From positions 43,337-107,336 of the IMG/VR virus record IMGVR_UViG_3300009314_000007: DNA of 64,000 nucleotides. One strand, given 5' to 3'. Below, one piece after another: positions 27,304 through 37,001 of this stretch (the stretch's first letter is position 1; the number at the start of each line of letters is the position of its first letter). The translations under genes and the position numbers were made by a program. A model generated the notes under the pieces. It was not told where the DNA came from, made no database searches, and was given only the letters and a program-made list of their open reading frames with translations. Source of the stretch: a virus.

Positions 27304-28090
27304 GGGTGGCGCACTGGACAGCCTCACGACCGCGATTCACCGGCAACTCCCCAAGAAGACGCCGTGGGGCACGGTGTTCGAGTCGCTGATGTCTCTGGCG
27401 GGAGTGAGGCTGACAGAGGACCTGCTGGAAAGCAGCGTGTGGCGGCTGGTTGGGAATCTGGAGCGGCTGTTTCTGCGCCATCCAGCGGTACCCTGGTGCC
27501 GTCAGGAGGTGGATGAGGTTGTTCCTGTGCAGGTGCTGGCCGTGCATTACGGCTACTCATCAAGATGGCGCTTCGGTGGCGACTTCGAGCTGCGCGTACT
27601 GGCGGGGACCCCGGCTTCCATGCTCCTTAGGAAGTTCTGGACGCTCGGTTATTGCCAGATGCTCAAGGGCATGTTTGGTTTCAGTTCCCCGCGGGGCCTC
27701 TACCCGTTCGAGGACATGCGTCAGTTTGTGAATCTGCGTTTTTCGATTCGGATTACCTTGGAGCTGTCTGGGGCCTCCCCGGACTTCGAGAAGATCTGGC
27801 AGGAAAACGACCGTATCAAACCGGCGAGTCTGTACGAGTGGAATCGACAGATGTTGCGGCACCGACGACGGGAGGACTTTCGTTGCCCGAGGGACTATGA
27901 CCGCGAGGAGGTCAAGTGCCACTTCTGCGCTGTTGGCCAGGACGAGTGTGAAGCAGCAACACATGACGAAACGTACGAGCAGCGGCACTGCCACGCCTGC
28001 GACAAGGTCACCTGGTTCGATCCGGCCGACTCCCAGCAGGAGTTGTGCCTTACCTGCCATCGAGAAAGTTTGAGGCAGCAGGATGAGTAA
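27206..28090 (+). CDS. hypothetical protein with C-terminal Cys/His zinc-binding motifs
   Basis: CP...CHFC...C...H...CHAC...CLTC. Confidence 0.65.
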   Translation: MRARTYPIGKILHLKGQILSDPEVECFLDQEIKGGALDSLTTAIHRQLPKKTPWGTVFESLMSLAGVRLTEDLLESSVWRLVGNLERLFLRHPAVPWCRQEVDEVVPVQVLAVHYGYSSRWRFGGDFELRVLAGTPASMLLRKFWTLGYCQMLKGMFGFSSPRGLYPFEDMRQFVNLRFSIRITLELSGASPDFEKIWQENDRIKPASLYEWNRQMLRHRRREDFRCPRDYDREEVKCHFCAVGQDECEAATHDETYEQRHCHACDKVTWFDPADSQQELCLTCHRESLRQQDE

Positions 28091-28976
28091 AAAGAAGCGA
28101 AAGAAGAGGGTCGAGGCGACTCCGCTGGTTGATATAGACGAGCAGAACCGGCAGCTCGAAGAGGCGGAGCGCAGTAAGGGCCGCAGGCGGACAAGTCGCT
28201 ACACTCGCGAGGACAAGGGGAGTGCCCAGCTACTGCCGGGCAAGAAGTTCGACGAGTGGCTCTGGCGGTCGCCACTTGGCGACGAGGTGAAGATCCCGGT
28301 GCGAGTGGTGAAGGAGCGCGGAGGCCGCTACGACGCGGCGAGAGGCAAGTACGTGAAGGGCGACACGAAGTTGACGTACTTCCAGGTGGTCATGCCGGAG
28401 TACGCGATCAACGAGTCGGACACCGACATCGAGTCGCTGCGAGAGAAAGTCTTCGAGGCTATCGAGATGCCGTTCGAGGTCGAGTGGAAGCCGCACCTGT
28501 TCATCGAGATCGAGGGCAGGGATCATCCGCTCAAGACCGCGATGTGGAAGGACTGGGGGTTGCGGGAGCCCGCCAAGGACCAGACGAAGCATGATGACGA
28601 CGACGGGCTGAATGGGAAGCTGGAGATCGAGATTGAGATCTCGGAGTGGGAGCTGGGCACAACCAGGCAGGGGCGAAAGGTCTCTCGGTCGTTACGGCAG
28701 GGTCATCGCCAGTACCGAGTCCAAAAGGGCTGGCCCGAGGAGGAAGTCGAAGGAACGTCTTACAGTGGCTACTGCAACAAGGTGTTGCTCCCGGACACGC
28801 ACGAGAACCGGGTAGCGCTTGAGTCGCTGATCCAAGGGATCTCCGCGTTTCGGGAGCAATTGGATAGCCTGTTGCACCCGGAAGTTGCCGCCAAGCTATT
28901 TCAGGCGGCGGCTAAGAGAGTTGTGAAAGCGTTACCTGCGCCGAAGACGAGGCGGAAGAGACCGAGGAGAGCGTAG
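28083..28976 (+). CDS. hypothetical protein with basic termini
   Basis: 297-aa ORF with genome-typical codon usage. Confidence 0.7.
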   Translation: MSKKKRKKRVEATPLVDIDEQNRQLEEAERSKGRRRTSRYTREDKGSAQLLPGKKFDEWLWRSPLGDEVKIPVRVVKERGGRYDAARGKYVKGDTKLTYFQVVMPEYAINESDTDIESLREKVFEAIEMPFEVEWKPHLFIEIEGRDHPLKTAMWKDWGLREPAKDQTKHDDDDGLNGKLEIEIEISEWELGTTRQGRKVSRSLRQGHRQYRVQKGWPEEEVEGTSYSGYCNKVLLPDTHENRVALESLIQGISAFREQLDSLLHPEVAAKLFQAAAKRVVKALPAPKTRRKRPRRA

Positions 28977-29034
28977 ATCTCGGGCTTGTAGGATGCTCTT
29001 TTTGTTGGTAAGATCGTCGGTGGAGGTATCAATA

Positions 29035-29661
29035 ATGGTGCTACGACGATACTCGAAAACGAGACCCGGGCAGCGACGGTGCGCTAGACGAGTCGCGAAG
29101 GCTTGCCAGGCTCGGAATGGTTGGTGGCCCATCTCGGTTTATGCCGCGAGCAGCACGAACAAGGATGGACTGCACTCGTATTGTCCCGAGTGTCGAAAAC
29201 ACTTGGTAAGGGCGTACAAGAAGAAAAACCGCGAGAAGCTCTCGCAGTATCAGCGAGAGTGGCGGGCAAGGAACCCGGAAAAATACCAGCAGCTTCAGGA
29301 TAAACATCACGCGGAGAACAGAGAGGCCCAGCGAGCGTATACGCGAGCATATAAAAAAGCGAACCCCGTGCGGAATCGTTCGTGGAATAGGGCTCGCAGA
29401 CTCCGCTTCGCGGTCGCAGGGCGGCTGACCGATAGCGACTGGGAGGAGGTGTTGCAGAGATATGGCCGTGATTGTCTTTGTTGCGGTGTTGGCGAGGGCA
29501 TCACTATTGATCACGTCGTACCAGTTCCCGCAGGTCCGAATGACAAGAGCAACGTGCAGCCGCTTTGTCGTGGTTGCAATAGTAGCAAGGGTCGCAAGGA
29601 GACAGACTATCGGTTCGATGGAGGACGGCATTTCGGAAATCAAGGTGACGAACCCGATTAG
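29035..29661 (+). CDS. HNH endonuclease (McrA-like zinc HNH)
   Basis: CLCC...TIDHVVP...NVQPLCRGCNSSKG; N-terminal CPEC; GGAGG RBS. Confidence 0.88.
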   Translation: MVLRRYSKTRPGQRRCARRVAKACQARNGWWPISVYAASSTNKDGLHSYCPECRKHLVRAYKKKNREKLSQYQREWRARNPEKYQQLQDKHHAENREAQRAYTRAYKKANPVRNRSWNRARRLRFAVAGRLTDSDWEEVLQRYGRDCLCCGVGEGITIDHVVPVPAGPNDKSNVQPLCRGCNSSKGRKETDYRFDGGRHFGNQGDEPD

Positions 29662-29669
29662 GAGGGCGA

Positions 29670-30149
29670 ATGTTCGTATTGAGTAACAGGAGCTGGACCA
29701 CGTCGAGTGGGCAGCACGCCACGGGATCATTCCTGTTGGTGTTTCAGCGAGGCTGGGATTTGGGGGTGGAGCCGCAGCCACGTGAGTTGCGGTGCCTGTT
29801 GCGTCACGTTCGTATGAATCAGTGCGGGCAGTTTATGATGGGGGAGGTGAAGTTTCGGCTTCCCGGGGAGGACGGTTCGGTACGTATCGGATTGTCGGGT
29901 TCGTTGGGCAATGACGATCTGCCTCTCACGGTGCCCAAATTTGAGCAGGCACCCACCGAGATTCCGGCGAGACTGTGGGAGTTGCTCACGGTTATGCCGG
30001 AAGAGCTTTCAGAGGCGTTTTGGCGGGGTAATCGTGAGGACGGTTCGCTTGACCGGTCGCTTAGACAGATTCGGTTGTGGGCGAGGAAGAACGTGTTACA
30101 GCTTCGGCGGCTGCACGTACCCGAGCAGAAGATGGGAGTGGTTCCGTGA
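29670..30149 (+). CDS. hypothetical protein
   Basis: AGGAGG RBS. Confidence 0.65.
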   Translation: MFVLSNRSWTTSSGQHATGSFLLVFQRGWDLGVEPQPRELRCLLRHVRMNQCGQFMMGEVKFRLPGEDGSVRIGLSGSLGNDDLPLTVPKFEQAPTEIPARLWELLTVMPEELSEAFWRGNREDGSLDRSLRQIRLWARKNVLQLRRLHVPEQKMGVVP

Positions 30150-30151
30150 TT

Positions 30152-30352
30152 ATGTTTGATCGACGATTCTGGGAGCCCATGGATACTGGTGGTTCTTTCG
30201 AGGCGGGCGAAGATGGTTTGTCTGGAAGTGGCCGGGATGTCGTCCGCGTCGGTGTGGTCATTGTGTTGATCGCACTTGGTACCGGTTTTGTGCTTGGCAC
30301 AGGGGCGGCCCTGGGCTGGATGTTAATCGAATGGCTTTTTGGTATGGAGTAA
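30152..30352 (+). CDS. small membrane protein
   Basis: Hydrophobic C-terminal segment. Confidence 0.5.
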   Translation: MFDRRFWEPMDTGGSFEAGEDGLSGSGRDVVRVGVVIVLIALGTGFVLGTGAALGWMLIEWLFGME

Positions 30353-30354
30353 CT

Positions 30355-31053
30355 ATGTCGAAATACGACGAACGAGTTATGTGTATCCGGACGGAGGACT
30401 TCGAGGAGGTTGGAGCCTTTCAGGGTTTCCAACCGGAGTGGTCCAAGTATCTGGTTAGTCTGCTTTCGGCTAATCGTGTGGTGTGGCTCCCGCGCGGCGA
30501 GTGTGAGACCAACCCAGCGTACAAGCAGATTATCCCGTACGTGGCGATGGCTTGCCGAACGGCGATGGGCGTGCTGCTTGGAATGTACCAACGGACCAAG
30601 GATGGTGGCGAGTCTCGCTTGCATGGCAAGTGGGCCTGCGGTGTTGGTGGGCACATCAACACGGGGGATCGCGAGAGTGAGGACGAGTCCGCGATGAACG
30701 TGTTCTCACGAGCATGGCAGCGGGAGTTGTCCGAGGAGGTGAAGATCGACTGTCGCTACGACGCGGCGGTGCAGGGGCTGCTCTACGATGGCACCGACGC
30801 GGTGGGTCAGGTGCATCTCGGAGTGTTCATGCTTGCGAATCTTCAGTTCGGCGCGGCTTACCCGAACAATGAGGAGATCTCGCAGTTGCACTTTGCGCCA
30901 CTGCGGACCTGGCTCCACGCGGCGAAGCGGAATGATGGCGAGGGCCATGTCGCGATGGAGGGCTGGACAAAGCTCGTGCTTCAGAGCAAACTCATGCAAG
31001 ACCTGGGCGACGAGCCGGGACCATCACCTACGAATTTGGAGTTGGCGACTTGA
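30355..31053 (+). CDS. NUDIX-family hydrolase (MutT-type predicted phosphoesterase)
   Basis: E.NPAYKQIIPY, ESRLHGKW..GVGGHIN, RELSEEV, VGQVHLG. Confidence 0.85.
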   Translation: MSKYDERVMCIRTEDFEEVGAFQGFQPEWSKYLVSLLSANRVVWLPRGECETNPAYKQIIPYVAMACRTAMGVLLGMYQRTKDGGESRLHGKWACGVGGHINTGDRESEDESAMNVFSRAWQRELSEEVKIDCRYDAAVQGLLYDGTDAVGQVHLGVFMLANLQFGAAYPNNEEISQLHFAPLRTWLHAAKRNDGEGHVAMEGWTKLVLQSKLMQDLGDEPGPSPTNLELAT

Positions 31054-31316
31054 CGGACTTCATTGCCGACAACTTGGATCTGTACCGAAGGCACGCTCGG
31101 GAGTTTGAGAGGATCTTTGGCTGCAAGCTGAAGCCTTACTTCGACAACCTTACCGGGTTTGACCTGGTCAAGTTCGATCACGAGGTGCTGAAACCTCGGG
31201 AGAGCGAGAGCGGCCACGCCGCCGCGCACAGGCAGTGGGGCGACGAAGGGTTAGCCCTGATTAAGAAGCTGATTAAAATGGAGGAGACCGATGACACTTC
31301 AGCTAGTAGTGGGTGA
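31050..31316 (+). CDS. hypothetical protein
   Basis: TTGA overlap; ORF in run. Confidence 0.55.
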   Translation: MTDFIADNLDLYRRHAREFERIFGCKLKPYFDNLTGFDLVKFDHEVLKPRESESGHAAAHRQWGDEGLALIKKLIKMEETDDTSASSG

Positions 31317-31809
31317 GGTGCGCTATGCACCTTCCCGAGACATCGCCTACCTGTGGCCCAGCTTGCTGGCCACAGTGGCAGATAGACTCGAAGACGCGCC
31401 TATGGAGGGCCTGCACAAGATCCTCAAGGAGCGCGGTGTAACGCTCGACGACTTAGGTGAAGCGGCCGGAGCGTATTGCCGCTTCATCAATTTCTGCCAC
31501 AGGGAACTGGACTGGAATATGCAGCAGTGCCTTGACGAGAGCGGCTGGGAGAAGGTGAAACCCGAGGCTCAGATTGCCTACCTGTTCTATGCAGGCGCCC
31601 TGCTTACCGGCACGTTCTTCCAGGGTATTCGGGACGCACTCCCGGCCAACGACGAGCGTAGATTGCCGGTCATGGACGACCTGAACCAGGCGGCCAGGCA
31701 GTTCGAGGCCTACGTCTCAATGCCTAGATGGAAGCGCAAGCTATGCCGCATCTCCAAGTGGTTTCACAGGATGTTCTTACGAGCGAAAGCAGTGAGACGC
31801 CCTGTGTAG
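31291..31809 (+). CDS. hypothetical protein
   Basis: GGAGGAG RBS. Confidence 0.65.
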   Translation: MTLQLVVGEVRYAPSRDIAYLWPSLLATVADRLEDAPMEGLHKILKERGVTLDDLGEAAGAYCRFINFCHRELDWNMQQCLDESGWEKVKPEAQIAYLFYAGALLTGTFFQGIRDALPANDERRLPVMDDLNQAARQFEAYVSMPRWKRKLCRISKWFHRMFLRAKAVRRPV

Positions 31810-31820
31810 GAGAGAATCTG

Positions 31821-32591
31821 ATGAGCTATTGGACGCAGCAGCTTCGCCGGTGGTTTGGAAACCAGATCCCCGATGACTACCTGACTTTCGACTTCGAGAC
31901 AACCGGGCTCAAGCGGGACTACGATCTTCCTATCGACTTCGGCTACACGCTGGTGCGAGACAGGAAGATGGTGACCCGTAAGAGCTTTCTTCTGGACTGG
32001 GAGAGCCGGGAGGAGCTGATGGAGCCAGGCTGGTTGGCGTCGAGGCTGGGGAAAATCAGGAAGGCGTACGCTGCTAGAGGCGATCCATATCACTACTCGA
32101 CGCAGCGCCTTGCCAAGGAGGGCAAAGATCCTGTGCGCGTGCTTCAGTTCATCCACCAGTTGTTCACGTCGAACCGCAAGGCCGGTGCGGGGTTTGCCGG
32201 ACACAACGCGGCGTTCTTCGATTGTGAGATGGCCCGGTCTTGCTTCTGGGAGTACCTGGGCGAGCACTGGATCTGGCGGGGCGACGAGGTGTTCGATACC
32301 GGAGCCATGGAGAAGGCTCTGGAGTGTGCTCGCAAGCTCGAACCACACCGCTGCGCCGTGCCCACGAGCGGGGAGTCGATGTACGACTTCTTCGTGCGAA
32401 CGTCTCGGGGTCGCCGTGCGGGTATCTTCTGGAACATCAAGAAGTGCGTGGAGCGGTATCAGCTCGACAAGAGGTTCGGGGTTGATCTGAATGCCCTGCA
32501 CGGGGCGAAGGCTGATTCGTACGTGTGTCATTTGCTCATAGAGGAGTACAGGAATGGGAGGCTCGATCCAACTGGCAATGGACCCGGGTAA
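31821..32591 (+). CDS. DEDDh 3'-5' exonuclease (DnaQ-like)
   Basis: FDFETTG, GHNAAFFD, FDT, LHGAKADS. Confidence 0.88.
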   Translation: MSYWTQQLRRWFGNQIPDDYLTFDFETTGLKRDYDLPIDFGYTLVRDRKMVTRKSFLLDWESREELMEPGWLASRLGKIRKAYAARGDPYHYSTQRLAKEGKDPVRVLQFIHQLFTSNRKAGAGFAGHNAAFFDCEMARSCFWEYLGEHWIWRGDEVFDTGAMEKALECARKLEPHRCAVPTSGESMYDFFVRTSRGRRAGIFWNIKKCVERYQLDKRFGVDLNALHGAKADSYVCHLLIEEYRNGRLDPTGNGPG

Positions 32592-33345
32592 CGAGAAAAC
32601 CGGGTGGGTGTCTTACCGTGTAGCACCGGACTTGCCGGGTGGATTGGACATTCTGGAGTCCGGTGTTACCGCTAACTTTCAGATCCGGGAGATGCTCAGA
32701 AGTATCCCCAGGAAGAAGCGAGGCTTGCTTTCGATAGAGACCCCGAAGCCCACGGGGCAGCTTGCTTCGTCCGAGTTGTTCGAGACGTGCATTATGATCG
32801 GGCGATTTCTTCAGGTGTGGGCGGTGAGTCGGTGGAGCTACATCCATCGCGACGACGTGAAGTTCCACCTGACAAACGACGCCAGGGCGAAGGACAAAAA
32901 CGTCACGCAGGCGCTCAAGGATCGTTTCGGTGGCGAGCGACACGCGGTTGGCGGCATTCGCTGCAAGACCTGCGGTGGCAAGGGCTGGCACGGGAGAGGC
33001 TGGGTGGATTGTCCGCACTGCAAGAAAGGCTGTGCCAAGTGTAAGAAGAAGGGGCAGATCTTCACTCGGCTGCTTTGCGGGGAGTGCGAGGGCGACAAGT
33101 GGGAGGTGCCGCCAGGGCCGCTTTATGGCATCAAGTCGCACGCCTGGCAGGCTCTAGCCGTGAGCTGTTACCACGTTGATCAACCGCGGCTGATCCAGGC
33201 GATCATGCTCAAGCCGGATCGCAAGGCTCTGACTAAGAAGCTGGCGGAGGGGCAGCCGCTAACACAAGCGCTGCGGAGACAGTTTGGGTACGCAGGCAAG
33301 AATCGAAAGAAGAAAAAGAGGGGATCGAAAAAGAATGGATCGTAG
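32554..33345 (+). CDS. RuvC-like Holliday junction resolvase with DnaJ-type zinc-finger insertion
   Basis: LAMDPG.EKTGWV, SIE, VKFHLT, HAWQALAV; inserted CKTCGGKG/CPHC/CAKC/CGECEG. Confidence 0.75.
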   Translation: MGGSIQLAMDPGNEKTGWVSYRVAPDLPGGLDILESGVTANFQIREMLRSIPRKKRGLLSIETPKPTGQLASSELFETCIMIGRFLQVWAVSRWSYIHRDDVKFHLTNDARAKDKNVTQALKDRFGGERHAVGGIRCKTCGGKGWHGRGWVDCPHCKKGCAKCKKKGQIFTRLLCGECEGDKWEVPPGPLYGIKSHAWQALAVSCYHVDQPRLIQAIMLKPDRKALTKKLAEGQPLTQALRRQFGYAGKNRKKKKRGSKKNGS

Positions 33346-33838
33346 TGTTTATCCTTCTCGCGATTGCGATATAAACGCCAATGAGAGGCGAGAGGAACGG
33401 AAGAAGCAGAAGCAGAAGAAGCAGAAGAAGCGCGAGAAGCTGGTCAAGTCAATCAAGCCCCGTCGGGAGTTGAGCGAGGCGGAGCGGGAGCGCTGCGAGG
33501 AGCGCGCGAAAAGCTGTGGATGCGCGGTGGTGATCGTTGGGGGGATTATCGTGGCCTGCGGCCTGCTATGGTTTGCTGGTGATGACTCGTATCGGCAACG
33601 CGAGCGAGAGATAGAGATCGCGGACAAGACAGTGTGGTCCATTGTTTTGTTTAACGAGAAAGGCGAAGAGGAGCAGAGCTGGGTGGCGAAGAGCATAAAA
33701 CGGCCGTCGATAAGGCCTGTGGGTGATTCGGGGACGATCAGTCGGGTCTCGTGGTATCACCCCAAGAGCCGAGGGCACGCGGTCGATGTCGCTGTTCCCG
33801 TGGGTTGGTTTTTGAAGATCGAGAGGAGGTACGATTGA
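33335..33838 (+). CDS. membrane-anchored hypothetical protein
   Basis: Basic N-terminus then one hydrophobic segment. Confidence 0.6.
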   Translation: MDRSVYPSRDCDINANERREERKKQKQKKQKKREKLVKSIKPRRELSEAERERCEERAKSCGCAVVIVGGIIVACGLLWFAGDDSYRQREREIEIADKTVWSIVLFNEKGEEEQSWVAKSIKRPSIRPVGDSGTISRVSWYHPKSRGHAVDVAVPVGWFLKIERRYD

Positions 33839-34398
33839 CACGGATCATAACTAATTTCCGAGAGAGGTTTCCTCGGACCGCGTGTGCGTGCGATGGTTGT
33901 AAAGCCTGCTGCCGATTTATGCCCGGCATGCTTTTGCCGGAGGACTTAGATAAGATCGTCGTGGAGGAAGAGAAACAGGCGCTGACTGCGGAGGACACGC
34001 ACAAGTGGGCTGCTTGGCAGCTCCACCGAACGGATGCCATACTTGACTTTATCGTGGGTCACTTCCAGGCGTCGGACGGGGCGTTGGTGATGCGGCAGGG
34101 GAAGATGATGCGGATTCCCACAATCACTCCAATGTTGACGGAGAGTGGTTGTGTGTTTCTGGACGACGGCGGGCGGTGCAAGATCTGGGCGCATGCCCCG
34201 GCGGGGTGTTCGCATTTCGACGTGCATCAGACCAAGGTGGAGGGGGACAGAAGGTCCAGGCAGATCCTGGGAGCCTGCATGATGGCGTTCGAGTCCGGGG
34301 ATCGCTACGTGCAGGTGTGGCAGTGGCTGCGGGATCGGGGGAACGTGCCGCCGCCCGTGCAGGAGCGGCGAGAGAAGCTACAAGCGGCTCTCAGGTGA
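33835..34398 (+). CDS. YkgJ/UPF0153-like CxxCxxCC cluster protein
   Basis: CDGCKACC...GCVFL...CKIWAHAPAGCSHF. Confidence 0.75.
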   Translation: MTRIITNFRERFPRTACACDGCKACCRFMPGMLLPEDLDKIVVEEEKQALTAEDTHKWAAWQLHRTDAILDFIVGHFQASDGALVMRQGKMMRIPTITPMLTESGCVFLDDGGRCKIWAHAPAGCSHFDVHQTKVEGDRRSRQILGACMMAFESGDRYVQVWQWLRDRGNVPPPVQERREKLQAALR

Positions 34399-34411
34399 TT
34401 GGAGACCGGCG

Positions 34412-34618
34412 ATGCCCAGGAAATACGAGATCCGCGTACTGATGATGCCCTGTGGGGGTGTGAATCCGCGGACAGGGTTGCGAGTAGGCAGTAGGCACCG
34501 GTGGCTTGACGGCTGGGGTGAGGGCTGTTGCGAGTGGTGTGGGAGAACTCTCGACAGTCTGCGAGGACGGTATCGTGTTTACGAGGATGGCAGAATTGCT
34601 AGGGAGGAAGATTCGTGA
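34412..34618 (+). CDS. small Cys-containing hypothetical protein
   Basis: GGAG RBS; coupled to next gene. Confidence 0.5.
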   Translation: MPRKYEIRVLMMPCGGVNPRTGLRVGSRHRWLDGWGEGCCEWCGRTLDSLRGRYRVYEDGRIAREEDS

Positions 34619-35370
34619 AGATAGTAGCGGAGATGCGCTTGAAACACGGAGTGCTTCGGGAGCTAAGGGAAAAGTACGGGACGCTGAAACGAGTTGCCGA
34701 GCTTATCGGGGCTCCGTATCAGACTTTGTGTAATTGGGCCGCTTTGCGCGCCGCGCCTACTGCGGGGCAGTACAAGGGCGCATACACCGAGGAGATCGAG
34801 CAGAATCTAGTGTTGCTGAGTGGGGTGCCCGCGGGGGAGATTTTCCCGCCAGCTCTGCGAGAGGCAATACCGGCGCTGCGAGAAGGACCGGAGCTTGTTC
34901 GCGAGGTAGAGCTGGCTCCCGAGGCTTTGTTAGAGCTGGCGCGAAGGGCGCAGGAGAGACTGGAGGCTCCCGATCCGGCGAGGGGGGCGATGGTGGGAGA
35001 GCTTCGCGAGCGCATGTTGGTTGTGCTTAGCGAGTTGCCAGTCCGGTCGCAGCATATTCTTTGTATGCGGTACGGCTTGGCGCCGTACACTCGCGAACAC
35101 ACGCAGAGGGAAGTTGGAAAGAAATTCGGGGTGGAGCCTACGAGGATCTCGCAACTAGAGCAACGAGCGATAAGGGAGTTGCAGCAGCCTTCTCGAAGCC
35201 AGTTGCTTGTGGGATTTGTTCCGGAGGGTCGGCCGAGTCTCTCCTCCGTACAACGGTTGCAGGACGAGGCTGCGAACAAGTCAATACACGATATTGCTCA
35301 GGAAAGAGAGCAACGAAGACACAGGGAAAGGAGAAAAGATGGGGACGCAAGCGGTTGTGTCGGTGATTGA
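34615..35370 (+). CDS. transcription regulator: N-terminal HTH plus sigma70 region 4 domain
   Basis: TLKRVAELIG..YQTLCNW; LPVRSQHILCMRYGL...HTQREVGKKFGVEPTRISQLEQRAIRELQ. Confidence 0.85.
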   Translation: MKIVAEMRLKHGVLRELREKYGTLKRVAELIGAPYQTLCNWAALRAAPTAGQYKGAYTEEIEQNLVLLSGVPAGEIFPPALREAIPALREGPELVREVELAPEALLELARRAQERLEAPDPARGAMVGELRERMLVVLSELPVRSQHILCMRYGLAPYTREHTQREVGKKFGVEPTRISQLEQRAIRELQQPSRSQLLVGFVPEGRPSLSSVQRLQDEAANKSIHDIAQEREQRRHRERRKDGDASGCVGD

Positions 35371-35923
35371 TCCCGACGACGTGCTGTTACTGAAAGTGGT
35401 GTCGGGTACTGGCGGTGGCGATAGTGGCCGTAAGCTCGCGGACTACTTGGCGGACACGGGGGATATTGACCCCATGAGCGTGCATGCCGTTGCGACGGAC
35501 ATGGGCATGGGTTGCGTCGTGGTGCTGGCCAGGGACGAGCAATACCATACCTTGGATGAAGATCTCCCTTTGCGATACGCAGCTACATTCGCGCTGTGGC
35601 AGTTCAATCCGCGATGCAGGGATGGCGCGTGCGACGAGGTGTGGCTTGTGCGCCAGGCACATTTGGGCTCCGATAAGGGGGCTTCTGTACAGCGGGGCCA
35701 CGGGCATGCTCGTGTGCCCGCGCTTCAGTACCCGACCGAGATTGCCGACATGGTCGAAGGTCTCAAGTTGTTCCGGGCGGGCGAGATGATCGGTGTGATA
35801 CCTTGCGACCCGAAGTATTACGAGTTGCTTGGCCGCCTGTACGACGCGAAGTGCCTGGCTGTCGCCGGAGAAGCAGACTGGCTCGGGTCGAAGACGTTTC
35901 AACAGATTGCAGAGGGCACTTGA
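35339..35923 (+). CDS. hypothetical protein
   Basis: AAGGAG RBS. Confidence 0.6.
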   Translation: MGTQAVVSVIDPDDVLLLKVVSGTGGGDSGRKLADYLADTGDIDPMSVHAVATDMGMGCVVVLARDEQYHTLDEDLPLRYAATFALWQFNPRCRDGACDEVWLVRQAHLGSDKGASVQRGHGHARVPALQYPTEIADMVEGLKLFRAGEMIGVIPCDPKYYELLGRLYDAKCLAVAGEADWLGSKTFQQIAEGT

Positions 35924-36177
35924 TGGCCTGGGTCATATCTATCCTGACGATCATCAGCGTGGAGTTGACAATCCGCAAGAGCTGGCTGGGTTGGCTGATC
36001 GCCTCGCTCAACCAGGTGCTGTGGTTCATTCTCATTGTTGGCATGAAGGAGTGGGGACTGCTTCCGCTCAATGCTTACATGTGCGTGCAAAGCTGCCGTG
36101 GTGCCCGCCGGTGGTACAAAGAAAGGGAGATTGCGAATGTCGAAAAAGAAGCTGACGTGGGAAGTCCAGACGGGTGA
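35923..36177 (+). CDS. small PnuC-like membrane protein
   Basis: Three hydrophobic segments; RKSWLGWLIASLNQVLW...W pattern. Confidence 0.55.
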   Translation: MAWVISILTIISVELTIRKSWLGWLIASLNQVLWFILIVGMKEWGLLPLNAYMCVQSCRGARRWYKEREIANVEKEADVGSPDG

Positions 36178-37000
36178 CTGTCTGAAGCTGATGCGGGCAA
36201 TGCCGGACAAGTCGGTTGATTTGGTCTTTGCCGATCCGCCGTTCAATATCGGGTACGAGTACGACAAGTACGACGACAAGCGAGATGGGGAGTCGTACTT
36301 GTACTGGTGTGCCGAATGGATGAACGAGGTTCACCGCGTGCTCAAGCCACATGGCACCTTCTGGCTGGCTATCGGTGATGAGTACGCTGCGGAAATGTCC
36401 GTGATGGCGACGACGCAGGTGGGTGGTCGCAAGCCGTTCAACAGACGGTCGTGGGTGATTTGGTACTACACTTTCGGTGTGGCTTGCCAAAAGAACTTCT
36501 CTCGGTCGCACACGCACTTGTTCTACTTCACGAAGACGAAGAGCAAGTTCACCTTCAATCACGACGACAAGAAGGTGCGCGTCCCCTCGGCCAGGCAGCT
36601 CAAGTACGGAGACAAGCGCGCGAACGCCAAGGGGAAGATGCCGGACAACACCTGGGTGCTGCACCCGGACAGGCTGAAGGAGTGTTTCGCAATGGATAGC
36701 GAGAAGAACTTTGACACCTGGCTCGCATCTCGGGTTTGTGGTACATTCGGCGAACGAGAAGAACGCGGGACGTATCAGGAGTCGAAGGCTATCCCGCAGA
36801 TGCCAGTGGAGATCCTGGACCGAATCGTGTTGTCGTGCAGCAAACCCGGCGACGTGGTCTTGGACCCATTCAGCGGGACGGGGACGACAGGCGTGGCGGC
36901 AGTTACGAATCGTCGCAGCTATATCGGTTACGACATCAGCGCTGCGTACGTCAAGCGAAGTCGGCGTCGGATTAAATTGGCTCTAACACGCGGAAAGTAG
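36137..37000 (+). CDS. N4-C/N6-A DNA methyltransferase (beta class)
   Basis: GDCL, FADPPFN, RVLKPHG, VLDPFSGTGTT. Confidence 0.92.
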   Translation: MSKKKLTWEVQTGDCLKLMRAMPDKSVDLVFADPPFNIGYEYDKYDDKRDGESYLYWCAEWMNEVHRVLKPHGTFWLAIGDEYAAEMSVMATTQVGGRKPFNRRSWVIWYYTFGVACQKNFSRSHTHLFYFTKTKSKFTFNHDDKKVRVPSARQLKYGDKRANAKGKMPDNTWVLHPDRLKECFAMDSEKNFDTWLASRVCGTFGEREERGTYQESKAIPQMPVEILDRIVLSCSKPGDVVLDPFSGTGTTGVAAVTNRRSYIGYDISAAYVKRSRRRIKLALTRGK

Positions 37001-37001
37001 A

